DNA of 55,345 bases from contig JACPAT010000030.1 of NCBI GenBank assembly GCA_016180655.1, positions 1-55,345 on the forward strand. The letters are read 5' to 3'. A model generated the notes under the pieces. That model was not told where the DNA came from. It was given only the letters and a program-made list of their open reading frames with translations, and searched no databases. Within the stretch, counting starts at the first letter, position 1. Each line of letters begins with the position of its first letter. This document shows positions 1 to 8,579 of the stretch, piece by piece. The DNA is from Candidatus Methylomirabilota bacterium. Lineage in GTDB: Bacteria; Methylomirabilota; Methylomirabilia; Methylomirabilales; 2-02-FULL-66-22. The position numbers and the translations under genes are program-made.

Positions 1-84
1 CAGGATCCCGATGATCGCCACGACGATCAGGAGTTCGATCAGGGTGAAGCCTTTGGCCTTCTTGCGGAGCAGCAACGTTCGCAT
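1..84 (-). CDS. pilA: Type IV major pilin (PilA-like), N-terminal 28 codons only; the gene runs off the left edge
   Basis: The reverse complement of 1-84 reads MRTLLLRKKAKGFTLIELLIVVAIIGIL. This is a prepilin leader, a G|FTLIELL cleavage/N-methylation motif and a hydrophobic alpha1-N helix. AGGAGG lies 7 nt upstream of the ATG at 84. Confidence 0.9.
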   Translation of the reverse strand, partial: MRTLLLRKKAKGFTLIELLIVVAIIGIL

Positions 85-179
85 CGGGGTGCCTCCTTTC
101 TGAGATGAATCTGTGTGTCTTTTATCCCATCCTATACGCCTCCAGGCTTGGACCCCCGCCTGGACAAGCCGACGCCGAA

Positions 180-195
180 TGCAGCGGACATGCCA
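180..195 (-). promoter_or_regulatory. sigma-54 (-24/-12) promoter candidate for pilA
   Basis: The minus strand reads cTGGCATgtccgCTGCAtt, matching TGGCAC-N5-TTGCW with correct GG/GC spacing. It lies about 95 nt upstream of the pilA ATG. The sigma-54 activator PilR and the kinase PilS are encoded just upstream. Confidence 0.6.
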
Positions 196-367
196 GCGAC
201 GCGGCTGCCAATGTCAGCTTTTTCTGACGTGGAGGCGAGTCTTGAAAAATCAAGCGGTTACGTCAACGACCTTCCGTCCCATGTGCCGAATCTCCCCCGC
301 AGAAGTATCCTTCGAATCGATTTCCGAGTGAAAAACTTTTTCCCTCTGGTGACACTCTTCGCCAGTT

Positions 368-2623
368 TCATGGCCGACACGATTCCGGCCCGAGGATTGG
401 AGCGAATGCGATGAGCCACCCCTCCGCCCCGAACCGGAAATCCGTCTGGGCACACCTGGCGATCACCTGTCCGCGGGGCGTCTCCAGCTTCACCTCGTAG
501 CGGAGCGTCACCTGACGTTCGCCTCCGTGGAGAGAAGCGATCCCAGTGACGCGCGCCCAGTGGGGCTGGCCCCCCATACCCCACCAACTGTCGCCATCCC
601 CTGGTGGCGAGCGACGCAACTCGGGAACCAGGTATCGCATAGCGGCAGGCCAGCCGCCCTCGGCCAGGGCCGGCCAGAAGCTCTCGGCCGTCGCCTCGGG
701 CGAGGTCTGGCCGCGAGGGCCCTGCGTGGCGCAGATCCCGCGCGGGTCGGGCTGCGCAAGGTGCTCTGCCCGGTCGGCCATCAGCTGCTCCTGTGGCCGG
801 TCGCCGGACTCCGCGTGCCAGCGGGCGGCGATCCGGCTCAGGTGCGCCAACAGGTACCGATCCCCCGGGGCCAGGCAGCGGGCCTCTTCCGACAGGACCC
901 GCTCGGGGCTGAAGATTTCCACCGCCTGCTCGTATGACCAGCGGGCCTCCGCCGCTCTGCCCGCCCGATCCGCCGCCTCCACCAGCCCGGCGTAGAATCG
1001 AAGCTGGGAAAACGGGGCCCGATCCACCGCGCTCCGGAAGCGCGCCTCGGCCACGTCCCAGCGTCCGGCGGCGGCAGCCATCTCGCCGGCCAGATGCAGG
1101 CTGTTCGGATCCGAGGGGGCGATGCGTACCGCCCGTTCGGCGATCGCGACGGCGCCTTGCAGGTCGCGGGAGAGGAGCCGGACCCTGGCCAACCACTGGT
1201 GAGCGGAGAAACCGAGTGGATTCAATCGAAGCGCCCGGGTCAGCTCTCGCTCGGCGGACGCGGTGTCGCCCACCGAGAGGGCGAGGCGCCCCCAGGTGAC
1301 GAGAGTGGTCGCGTAATACCGGGAGAGGGCCAGGCCGCTGGCAGCGACCAGGAGCAGGATCAGGCACGCCCGCCACGCGCGCGCACGAGGAGCATGCCCG
1401 GAACGCTTTCCCCGGAGGTGCGCATTGGCCAGACCGAGGAGCGTCGCAGCCACCAGGGCGACGGCGGGGAAACTCCAGTCCAGATCCACCAGGCTGTGGA
1501 TCGCAAAGGCCACCAGGACGGCCAGCAGCGCCGCCAGGCGGCGCCGGAGGGGATCATCCTCCGACGACCGCGTGATGACGGAACCCAGCCGTCCCAGGAA
1601 ACCGCCGAGCGTGACCACCGCCAAGAGCCCGGCCGGGAGCCCATACTCGGCCGCCAGTTCCAGGTACAGGTTGTGGGGGTTCTCCCCGCTCACGTAGGGA
1701 ATGCGTTGATACTGGTTGAGGGCCACCGGGAATGCCCCGGGCCCGACGCCCCACCAGGGATGCTGGCGGACCATGGTCCACGTCCAGCGGAGGATCTGCC
1801 ATCGCCAGCGCAGCGAGGAATGCCCCGAGCCGCTGCCGTCCAGGCCGAAGCGATCCGGAAGGACTCCGCTCCCCGGACCGGACGCGGACAGCATCACCAG
1901 GGCCGCCAGCACGCCGATCCCTGCCAGAGCGAACCAGTGGCGCCGTGCCCACCAGACTTGGCGACGGCTGAGGGCCCACAGGCCGATGGTCACCCCGGCT
2001 GCGAGCACGGCGCCCCGTGACCGGGTGAGAAAAAGGCCCAGCATTGCCACGGCGCCGGCAAGCATGGCCGCGCCCCGGACCAGCGGACCGCGATGCATCT
2101 GTGCCGCTGCCAGGGCCGCCCCTCCCGTCAGGAGCAGGAAGCCGGCCATGGCGTTCGGGTAGCCGAAGGGGCCCGTGAGGTACCGGGCGTACAGCCCCAC
2201 CTCGCTTCCCTGATGAAGCCGGAGCATCCCGGCGCCCGCCACCAGGAGGCCGGAGGCAAGAATCGCGGTGAGCAGCGCGGCCTCCCCCCACGGCAACTCC
2301 CGCGCGCCGTGCGCCGCCAGCGTTCCCGCCAGCAGATAGGCGGAGAGCAGCAGCAGGCTCTGGACGGTTCGGTCCGGATAGATCGTCTGGAGCGCCGATC
2401 CAGCACCCAGGAGCCCGGCGAGCAGCAGGAGCGGGGACAGCTGCAGGAGGGGTCCCGATCCCCGCGGGAACAGCCCGGCGGCTGCCGCCAGGACAAGGAT
2501 GAGCACGAGGCTCACCAACCCGACGGGGCTGCGGCCGCCGCTGGCCCAGGGCAGGCCGATGAGGAGGCCGCACAGGAGGAGGATGGACAGGGGCAGGAAC
2601 CGGGGGGTGTCAGGAGTCGGCAT
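368..2623 (-). CDS. O-antigen-ligase-like (Wzy_C / PglL / TfpO-type) polytopic membrane protein with C-terminal TPR-like repeats
   Basis: This is ORF 368..2746 with the start moved to ATG 2623 (MPTPDTPRFLPLSILLL, first TM helix). It has many TM segments and Wzy_C-type motifs (LTRSRGA, WWGVGPGAF, ENPHNLYLELAAEYG). A long Ala/Arg-rich TPR-like C-terminal domain follows. Confidence 0.8.
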   Translation of the reverse strand: MPTPDTPRFLPLSILLLCGLLIGLPWASGGRSPVGLVSLVLILVLAAAAGLFPRGSGPLLQLSPLLLLAGLLGAGSALQTIYPDRTVQSLLLLSAYLLAGTLAAHGARELPWGEAALLTAILASGLLVAGAGMLRLHQGSEVGLYARYLTGPFGYPNAMAGFLLLTGGAALAAAQMHRGPLVRGAAMLAGAVAMLGLFLTRSRGAVLAAGVTIGLWALSRRQVWWARRHWFALAGIGVLAALVMLSASGPGSGVLPDRFGLDGSGSGHSSLRWRWQILRWTWTMVRQHPWWGVGPGAFPVALNQYQRIPYVSGENPHNLYLELAAEYGLPAGLLAVVTLGGFLGRLGSVITRSSEDDPLRRRLAALLAVLVAFAIHSLVDLDWSFPAVALVAATLLGLANAHLRGKRSGHAPRARAWRACLILLLVAASGLALSRYYATTLVTWGRLALSVGDTASAERELTRALRLNPLGFSAHQWLARVRLLSRDLQGAVAIAERAVRIAPSDPNSLHLAGEMAAAAGRWDVAEARFRSAVDRAPFSQLRFYAGLVEAADRAGRAAEARWSYEQAVEIFSPERVLSEEARCLAPGDRYLLAHLSRIAARWHAESGDRPQEQLMADRAEHLAQPDPRGICATQGPRGQTSPEATAESFWPALAEGGWPAAMRYLVPELRRSPPGDGDSWWGMGGQPHWARVTGIASLHGGERQVTLRYEVKLETPRGQVIARCAQTDFRFGAEGWLIAFAPILGPESCRP

Positions 2624-4010
2624 GGTCCCGGTCGCGGATCTGCCGGTCCAGGCCGTATTTCTTCGCCCGATAACGGAAGGAGCGGAAGTTGATCCCCAGC
2701 AGTTGGGCCGCCCTGGTCTGGATCCCCCCGGCCTTCTCCAGCGCATCCTTCATCAGGGCCTTCTCCAGGTCGGCCACGACCTGCTCCAGGTCCAGGCCTT
2801 CAGGCGGAACCTCCCAGCGGGGGCGCGGGGGCACGGGCGCAGGCTGGCAGATGCTGGGTGGGAGGTTCTCCACCTGCACCTCATCGGTCGTGGCCAAGGC
2901 CACGGCGCGTTCGATGGCGTTCTCCAGCTCTCGCACGTTCCCGGGCCAGGAATACGCCATGAGGACCTGCACGGCTTCCGGCGATATCTCCATCGCCGAT
3001 CGCCCGGCCTTGGCCGCGTAGAACCCCAGGAAATTTGTCGCCAGGACCAGGATGTCCTCCCGACGCTCTCGCAGCGGCGGGAGCTCCACGGGGATGACGT
3101 TCAACCGGTAGTAGAGATCTTCTCGGAAGCTCCCCTGCTGGATGAGCTGCGTCAGGTCCTTGTTGGTGGCCGCCATCATGCGGACATCCACCTCCATGTC
3201 CTCGGTGCCCCCCACGCGGCGGAAGATGTGGTCCTGGAGGAAGCGCAAGAGCTTCACCTGCAGCATCGGGCTCATCTCTGCAATCTCGTCCAGGAAGACG
3301 GTGCCGCCCCGGGCCACCTCCAGCAAGCCCGCCTTGTTCGCGGTGGCCCCCGTGAACGAGCCCTTGACGTGGCCGAACAGCTCGCTCTCCAAGAGTTCCT
3401 CCGGGATAGCCCCGCAGTTGATGGCCATGAAGGGCTTCCCGGCCCGAGGCGAGTTGCCATGGATGGTCCGCGCCACCAACTCCTTCCCCGTGCCGCTCTC
3501 GCCCGTGATCATGATCGTCGAATCCACGACCGCCACGCGGCTGATGAGCTTGTAGAGCTCCACCATCTTCGGGCTTTTCCCAATGATCCCTCGAAGGCCT
3601 GCCTCCTCCAGCCGGGGCGGGGCCGTCGGCTCGACTTGCGGGCGCCGCTCGACCCGGGCCAGCGCCCGCTGGATGACGAGCCGGATCTCGTCCACCTTGA
3701 ACGGCTTCGTGATGTAGTCGAAGGCCCCCTGTTTCATCGCCTGGATGGCCGAGTCCGAGGAGGCATAGGCGGTCACCATGATCACCGGCGTGTCCAGGCC
3801 GTGCTCGCGCAACCCGGCCAGGAGCCCCACCCCATCCCGCCGCGGCATCTTGATGTCCGAGATGACCAGATCCAGCTCGCGGCCGGTGGCCAGGGCCAGC
3901 CCGTCCTCGCCGTCCGCGGCCGTGGTGACCTGGTGACCATCCTTCTCCAGCAGGATGCGGAGGAACTCCCGCATGGCCTCCTCATCGTCCACCACGAGGA
4001 TCCGGCTCAC
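2610..4010 (-). CDS. pilR: sigma-54-dependent response regulator PilR (NtrC family)
   Basis: It has a REC domain (RILVVDDEE) and an AAA+ sigma-54 interaction domain (GESGTGKE, GSFTGA, ESELFGH). A C-terminal Fis-type HTH is present (TRAAQLLGINFRSFRYRAKKYGL). The start is set at GTG 4010 (GAGG 6 nt upstream) because the ATG at 4061 lies inside the (CAATGAC)4 repeat. Confidence 0.9.
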   Translation of the reverse strand: MSRILVVDDEEAMREFLRILLEKDGHQVTTAADGEDGLALATGRELDLVISDIKMPRRDGVGLLAGLREHGLDTPVIMVTAYASSDSAIQAMKQGAFDYITKPFKVDEIRLVIQRALARVERRPQVEPTAPPRLEEAGLRGIIGKSPKMVELYKLISRVAVVDSTIMITGESGTGKELVARTIHGNSPRAGKPFMAINCGAIPEELLESELFGHVKGSFTGATANKAGLLEVARGGTVFLDEIAEMSPMLQVKLLRFLQDHIFRRVGGTEDMEVDVRMMAATNKDLTQLIQQGSFREDLYYRLNVIPVELPPLRERREDILVLATNFLGFYAAKAGRSAMEISPEAVQVLMAYSWPGNVRELENAIERAVALATTDEVQVENLPPSICQPAPVPPRPRWEVPPEGLDLEQVVADLEKALMKDALEKAGGIQTRAAQLLGINFRSFRYRAKKYGLDRQIRDRDHADS

Positions 4011-4030
4011 GCTGCACCTCGGCCAAAAGG

Positions 4031-4061
4031 CAATGACCAATGACCAATGACCAATGACCAA
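4031..4061. repeat. Perfect heptamer array (CAATGAC)x4 plus CAA in the pilS-pilR spacer
   Basis: The sequence caatgac caatgac caatgac caatgac caa was read directly. It lies about 20 nt upstream of the proposed pilR start. Confidence 0.95.
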
Positions 4062-4066
4062 CTCCT

Positions 4067-4131
4067 GATGAAGCCGCCGGGTTCACCCCGGCGGAGAATC
4101 AGCCCGCGCCGCCCGAACCCCCGGCTTCATC
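4067..4131 (-). other. Nested GC-rich hairpins between pilS and pilR
   Basis: The outer stem pairs gatgaagccg (4067-4076) with cggcttcatc (4122-4131). It encloses an inner hairpin CCGCCGGG-ttcac-CCCGGCGG. Confidence 0.5.
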
Positions 4132-4158
4132 CCGGGGGCCAGTGACTGAGCTCCATGG

Positions 4159-6087
4159 CTACTTCCTGCTCTCCGCGCCGACCGTCACCGGCGCGCGGTG
4201 CAGCCAGATGCGGAAGGTGGTCCCGGTCCCCGGGCGGCTCTCCACCCCGATGCGGCCGTCCATGCTCTCGAGGAGCTTGCGCGCAATGGAGAGCCCCAGG
4301 CCGGTTCCCGAGGGTCGGGTCGTGTAGAACGGGTCGAAGATCCGTTCCAGCTCCTGCGGCGGGATTCCGCGACCCGTGTCGTGGAACACGATCTCCACCC
4401 ACTCACCGCCTGTCGGCGGTGTCGAGTAGTCAAGTGGTCGAGTAGTCAAATGGTCTTCTCGGCTCGAATCACCAGCTCTTCCGAATTGACCAATTGACGA
4501 ATTGACCAATTGGCCATCCCCCTCGGACGGCGATGTCAATTGGTCCATTGGTCGAGTAGTCAACTGGTCACTCTGCTTCGGAGCCTCGCCTTTCCCGAAT
4601 TGACCAATTGACGAGCTGACCGATTGACTCCCGTGCGGCGCAGGCCGCAGGGCAATGGTGAGGGTTCCCCCTTCGGACATGGCCTGCATCGCGTTGAGGC
4701 AGAGGTTCCACACGACCTGCCGGAGCTGATCCAGGTCGGCCAGGACATGCAGGTCCGGCTCCTCTTCCGTCAGGACCCAGGTCATCTCCGGATGGCGCTC
4801 ACTGCTCTTGGCGAGGAGGTGCAGCGTCTCGTCCAGCAGCGGGCGAAGCGGGCACGGGCGGAACAGCAGCGGTTGGGGCTTGGCAAAATCCAGGAACTGG
4901 CCGGTGATCAGCTTCAGGCGACTCGCCTCGCGCAGGATGATGTCCAGGAGCTGCCGCTGCGGTCCCGCGGGGGCAAGATCCTCGCGCAGGACCTCCACCG
5001 ATCCGCTGATCGCCGCCAGGGGATTGCGCACCTCGTGGGCGATGTTGGCCGCAAGCTGTCCCAGGGCGGCCAGGCGGTCTGCGCGGCGGAGGTGCTCTTC
5101 CACCCGCTTGCGCTCCGTGAGGTCCTGGAAGATGGCCACCAGGCCCACCGGCTCTCCCTCGGCCGCCCGCAGGGGAGAGCAGGCGATCCCGAGGGGGATC
5201 GGCCGGCCATCCCGTCGCTGGAGATACAGTTCCGTTGCCGGGGTCGCCAGGGGCGCCTCGGGCTGGGCGAAGAACTCGGCCAGGGCGGGGCAGGCCCCGA
5301 AGGGCGTCTCTTGCCAGGGTCGGTCCCGCAGGGCCTCGAAGTCGTAGCCGGTGATCTGTTCTGCGGCCGCATTGAAGGAGATGACCCGCCCTGCCAGGTC
5401 CAGGGTCAGGATCCCGCTGGGGATGTTGGCGACGATGGCCCAGTGCAGCGTCTGGAGGTTCCGGAGATCCAGTCCCCGCCGCTCCAGCTCCTGCCCGGCC
5501 TGCCTGAGGCGCTCCACCAGGTGGCTGCTGAGGATGGCCACGGCCAGGAAGGCGACCGCGTGGATCAGCACCTGGTAGACCGCGTATCCCGCGGGGCGGA
5601 GGGGGGCGAGGCCGCCCGCGAACTCCGCGGGGGGGAGGAGCCGCGTCCATTCCGCCGCCACCAGGATGCCGTACAGCCCGCCGCTGAGGATCGCCACCAG
5701 GAGGCTCCCCCGGCGCTCCAGCACGTTGGCGGCCCCGAAGATGACGAAGATGTACATGAAGGGGAAGGCAGAATCCAGGCCGCCGGTGAAGTGGACCAGC
5801 AGGCTCACCAGCCCCAGGTCCAAGCCCAATTGCACCAGCCCCTGGAACAGGAGATGCCGCTGGCTGCGGAGGGCCAGGGCGTAGACTAGGGAGAGGCCGA
5901 AGGTCAGGCCCAGCAGACCGTACAGCGGGGGGGTGGGAAAGGGCAGGCGCTCGTGCAGGTCCAGGGCGAAGGCCGAGCCCAGGAGGGCCGAGGCCAGGAG
6001 CAGCCGGATGCCCGTGAGCCACTTCAGCTTCTGGAGCATCCCGGGCGTCGCCCCGGCCGGGCGACGCGGCGCTTTCTCCCCGGGCAC
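4159..6087 (-). CDS. pilS: Sensor histidine kinase PilS, carrying a repeat-encoded insert in the ATPase domain
   Basis: It has an N-terminal multi-TM domain, a PAS region and an H-box (IAHEVRNPL). HATPase_c motifs are N box NLCLNAMQAM, G1 DTGRGI, F FDPFYTT and G2 GTGLGLS. The start is set at GTG 6087 with GGAGG 5 nt upstream. A ~75-aa insert lies between the N box and G1 (nt 4421-4628). Confidence 0.9.
   Translation of the reverse strand: MPGEKAPRRPAGATPGMLQKLKWLTGIRLLLASALLGSAFALDLHERLPFPTPPLYGLLGLTFGLSLVYALALRSQRHLLFQGLVQLGLDLGLVSLLVHFTGGLDSAFPFMYIFVIFGAANVLERRGSLLVAILSGGLYGILVAAEWTRLLPPAEFAGGLAPLRPAGYAVYQVLIHAVAFLAVAILSSHLVERLRQAGQELERRGLDLRNLQTLHWAIVANIPSGILTLDLAGRVISFNAAAEQITGYDFEALRDRPWQETPFGACPALAEFFAQPEAPLATPATELYLQRRDGRPIPLGIACSPLRAAEGEPVGLVAIFQDLTERKRVEEHLRRADRLAALGQLAANIAHEVRNPLAAISGSVEVLREDLAPAGPQRQLLDIILREASRLKLITGQFLDFAKPQPLLFRPCPLRPLLDETLHLLAKSSERHPEMTWVLTEEEPDLHVLADLDQLRQVVWNLCLNAMQAMSEGGTLTIALRPAPHGSQSVSSSIGQFGKGEAPKQSDQLTTRPMDQLTSPSEGDGQLVNSSIGQFGRAGDSSREDHLTTRPLDYSTPPTGGEWVEIVFHDTGRGIPPQELERIFDPFYTTRPSGTGLGLSIARKLLESMDGRIGVESRPGTGTTFRIWLHRAPVTVGAESRK
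4421..4513. repeat. Periodic-arm palindrome, GTCnnnnn family, copy 1 inside pilS
   Basis: The left arm is gtcgagta gtcaagtg gtcgagta gtcaaatg gtc. A 27-nt centre follows. The right arm is gaattgac caattgac gaattgac caattgg. Confidence 0.9.
4536..4628. repeat. Periodic-arm palindrome, GTCnnnnn family, copy 2 inside pilS
   Basis: The left arm is tcaattg gtccattg gtcgagta gtcaactg gtcac. A 25-nt centre follows. The right arm is gaattgac caattgac gagctgac cgattgac. Confidence 0.9.
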
Positions 6088-6109
6088 CGTCACCTCCAGA
6101 AAGGAAAAT

Positions 6110-6131
6110 GGGGGCCGCAGGCGCGGCCCCC
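6110..6131 (-). terminator. Terminator-like hairpin downstream of pilC
   Basis: GGGGGCCGC-aggc-GCGGCCCCC forms a 9-bp stem. On the minus strand it is followed by ATTTTCCTTTCT. It sits immediately upstream of the pilS RBS, so it may act as a partial terminator or stabiliser. Confidence 0.4.
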
Positions 6132-6154
6132 ACCTTTCCCGGGCCCTGTGTCGC

Positions 6155-7339
6155 CTACTTCCCCACGACCGAGACGAGCTTGAAGATGGGCAGGTACATG
6201 GCGATGACCACGCCCCCGATGATCACCCCCAGGAACACCATGAGCATGGGTTCCAGGAGCGAGGTCAGGTTGCCCACCGCCGTGTCGACCTCCTCGTCGT
6301 AGAAGTCGGCGATCTTGCCCAGCATGGCGTCCAGGGCGCCGGTCTGCTCGCCCACGGCGATCATCTGGACCACCATGGGCGGGAACACGCCGGAATCCTT
6401 CAGGGGCTCGGCGATGGTCTTGCCCTCGGAGATGGAGGACCGGGTCTTCAGGATCGCCGCCTCCACCACCTTGTTGCCCGCGGTGCGGGCGGTGATGTCC
6501 AGCCCGTCCAGGATGGCCACGCCGCTGCTGATCAGGGTCCCCAGGGTGCGCGTGAACTTGGCCACCGACACCTTCCGGATCAGGAGGCCGAAGACCGGGG
6601 CCTTGAGGAGGAGAGAGTCAATGGCCCACTTCCCGCCGCTGGTCCCGTACCACCACTTCAGGCCGACGATGCCGCCCACGATGGCCCCGATGCCCACCAG
6701 GAAGTACTGCCGGACGATCCGGGACATCTCCAGCACGATCTGGGTGGGCAGGGGCAGCGTGGCCCCGAAGCCCTCGAACATGGACTTGAAGGTCGGGATC
6801 ACGAAGACCAGCAGGAAGATCACCACCACCATCGGGTAGATCATGGCCGACTTGACCTTCTTCTTCAGGCCCATGGCCTTTTCCATGTACTGCGCCAGGC
6901 GGTTCAGGATCGTGTCCAGGATCCCGCCCGCCTCCCCCGCCTCCACCATGTTGGCGTACAGGGACGTAAAGACCTTCGGATGCAGCTTGAGCGCGGCGGC
7001 GAAGGTCAAGCCCCCCTCCACCGACTGCCGGATCTCCGTGAGCGCCTTCTTGAAGACCTTGTTCTCCTGCTGGGAGGCCAGGATCTCCAGGCACTGCACC
7101 AGCGGCAGCCCCGCGTCGATCATGGTGGCGAACTGCCGGGTGAAAACCACGATTTCCTTCTCGCCCACGCCACCCCCGAAGCCGGGGATGGTGATGTCCC
7201 GGGGCTTGGGCCGCACCGATGTGGCGATGATCTGTTGGGAGCGCAGCTTGGCCACCACGGCCTCGCGGTTGCCCGCGTCCATCTCGCCCGTGATGGTCTG
7301 CCCGCTGCGAGTGCGTCCGGTGTACACGAAGACCGGCAT
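6155..7339 (-). CDS. pilC: Type IV pilus platform protein PilC (GspF family)
   Basis: The sequence shows the duplicated GspF/T2SS-F architecture with TM helices. It is typical PilC throughout (FTRQFATMIDAGLPL..., FTRTLGTLISSGVAIL...). The start is set at ATG 7339 (MPVFVYTG) with GGAGAG upstream. Confidence 0.92.
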   Translation of the reverse strand: MPVFVYTGRTRSGQTITGEMDAGNREAVVAKLRSQQIIATSVRPKPRDITIPGFGGGVGEKEIVVFTRQFATMIDAGLPLVQCLEILASQQENKVFKKALTEIRQSVEGGLTFAAALKLHPKVFTSLYANMVEAGEAGGILDTILNRLAQYMEKAMGLKKKVKSAMIYPMVVVIFLLVFVIPTFKSMFEGFGATLPLPTQIVLEMSRIVRQYFLVGIGAIVGGIVGLKWWYGTSGGKWAIDSLLLKAPVFGLLIRKVSVAKFTRTLGTLISSGVAILDGLDITARTAGNKVVEAAILKTRSSISEGKTIAEPLKDSGVFPPMVVQMIAVGEQTGALDAMLGKIADFYDEEVDTAVGNLTSLLEPMLMVFLGVIIGGVVIAMYLPIFKLVSVVGK

Positions 7340-7400
7340 GCGCTCTCCTTCCATTATCGCGCCGGGTCACCAGACCCACGGCGCGTGGCCTTTCTCACCG

Positions 7401-7424
7401 GTTCGCCCCGACGTCGGGGCGAAC
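7401..7424. other. Perfect 24-nt palindrome between pilT and pilC
   Basis: gttcgccccgac|gtcggggcgaac is a 12+12 perfect inverted repeat. A second hairpin lies at about 7364-7386. Confidence 0.6.
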
Positions 7425-7436
7425 GGCGACTGGCCG

Positions 7437-8549
7437 TTAGCGTCGCGCCGCCAGGTTCGCCCCCGCGTGTGGAGACTGGCCGCTCTGGGCCCGCTGGATC
7501 ATCTGCTGCAGCTCGTCGAGCTGCGTGGAAGCCCCCAGCGCCTGCTCCATGGTGATATTCCGCCGGAGGTAGTGCTGGAGCAGCGATTCGTTCATGGTCT
7601 GCATGCCGGACTTCTCCTTGCCGGTCTGCATCGTGCTGTAGATCTGGTGCAGCTTGTCCTCGCGGATCAGGTTCCGGATGGCGGCGTTGGGCACCATGAT
7701 CTCCAGGACCAGGACGCGGCCCTGCCCGTTGGCCCGGCGCAGCAGCATCTGGCACAGCACCCCCTCCAGCACGAAGGAGAGCTGCGCCCGGATCTGGGCC
7801 TGCTGGTGGGGGGGGAAGACGTCAATGATGCGGTTGATGGTCTGCACGGCCGAATTCGTGTGGAGCGTGCCGAAGGTCAGGTGGCCGGTCTCGGCGGTGG
7901 TCAGGGCGGCCTCGATGGTCTCCAGGTCCCGCATCTCGCCGATCAACACCTTGTCCGGGTCCTGCCGGAGGACCGACTTCAGCGCCGCCTTGAAGGAGTA
8001 GGTATCGGCGTGCAGCTCGCGCTGGTTCACCACGCACTTCTTGTGCAGGTGCACATACTCGATGGGATCCTCGATGGTGACGATGTGCTCCGCCTTCTCG
8101 CGGTTGATCTTGTCGATCATGGTGGCCAGGGTCGTGGATTTGCCCGAGCCCGTGGGGCCCGTCACCAGGATGAGCCCCTTGGGCCGTTCGCACAGGTCCG
8201 CCACCACCTTGGGCAGCCCCAGCTCGTCGAAGTTGAGGATCTTGAAGGGGATCGTCCGGATGGCGACGGCGACAGCCCCCCGCTGCACGAAGATGTTGGC
8301 CCGGAAGCGGCTGAGCCCCTTCACGCCGAAGGAGAGATCCAGCTCCTTCTGCTCCTCGAACTTCTGCTTCTGCGCGTCGGTGAGGATGCTGTAGGCCATG
8401 GCCTTGGTCTCGGCCGGGGCGAGGGGCTGCGAGCCCACGGGCGTCAGGTGGCCGTGCAGGCGGATCATGGGGGGGATGCCGGTGGTGATGTGGAGGTCCG
8501 ACGCCCCCTTGTCGATCATCTCCTTCAGCAGCTCGTGCAGATTCGGCAT
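7437..8549 (-). CDS. pilT: Twitching-motility retraction ATPase PilT
   Basis: It has Walker A GPTGSGKST and PilT-type Asp/His boxes. The AIRNLIRE motif is present. The start is set at ATG 8549 (MPNLHELL). Confidence 0.93.
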   Translation of the reverse strand: MPNLHELLKEMIDKGASDLHITTGIPPMIRLHGHLTPVGSQPLAPAETKAMAYSILTDAQKQKFEEQKELDLSFGVKGLSRFRANIFVQRGAVAVAIRTIPFKILNFDELGLPKVVADLCERPKGLILVTGPTGSGKSTTLATMIDKINREKAEHIVTIEDPIEYVHLHKKCVVNQRELHADTYSFKAALKSVLRQDPDKVLIGEMRDLETIEAALTTAETGHLTFGTLHTNSAVQTINRIIDVFPPHQQAQIRAQLSFVLEGVLCQMLLRRANGQGRVLVLEIMVPNAAIRNLIREDKLHQIYSTMQTGKEKSGMQTMNESLLQHYLRRNITMEQALGASTQLDELQQMIQRAQSGQSPHAGANLAARR

Positions 8550-8579
8550 GCCGTGGATCTCCCGCAACGGGGTCTCGGG

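Noticed and set aside
195-211. A second sigma-54-like element, TGGCAGccgcgTCGCT, upstream of pilA.
   Set aside because: Its -12 region (TCGC) is weaker than that of the adjacent TGGCAT-N5-CTGCA, so it is kept only as an alternative.
4011-4061. Longer N-termini offered by the ORF track. Examples are pilR from 4061 (MVIGHWSLVIAFW..), SBP2 from 21380 (..ANRQSTIANRQS..), proA from 37840, the DsrE-like gene from 25855 and a permease from 22161.
   Set aside because: The extra residues are translations of the periodic repeat elements or of upstream spacers. Better starts with GGAGG-type RBS exist downstream.
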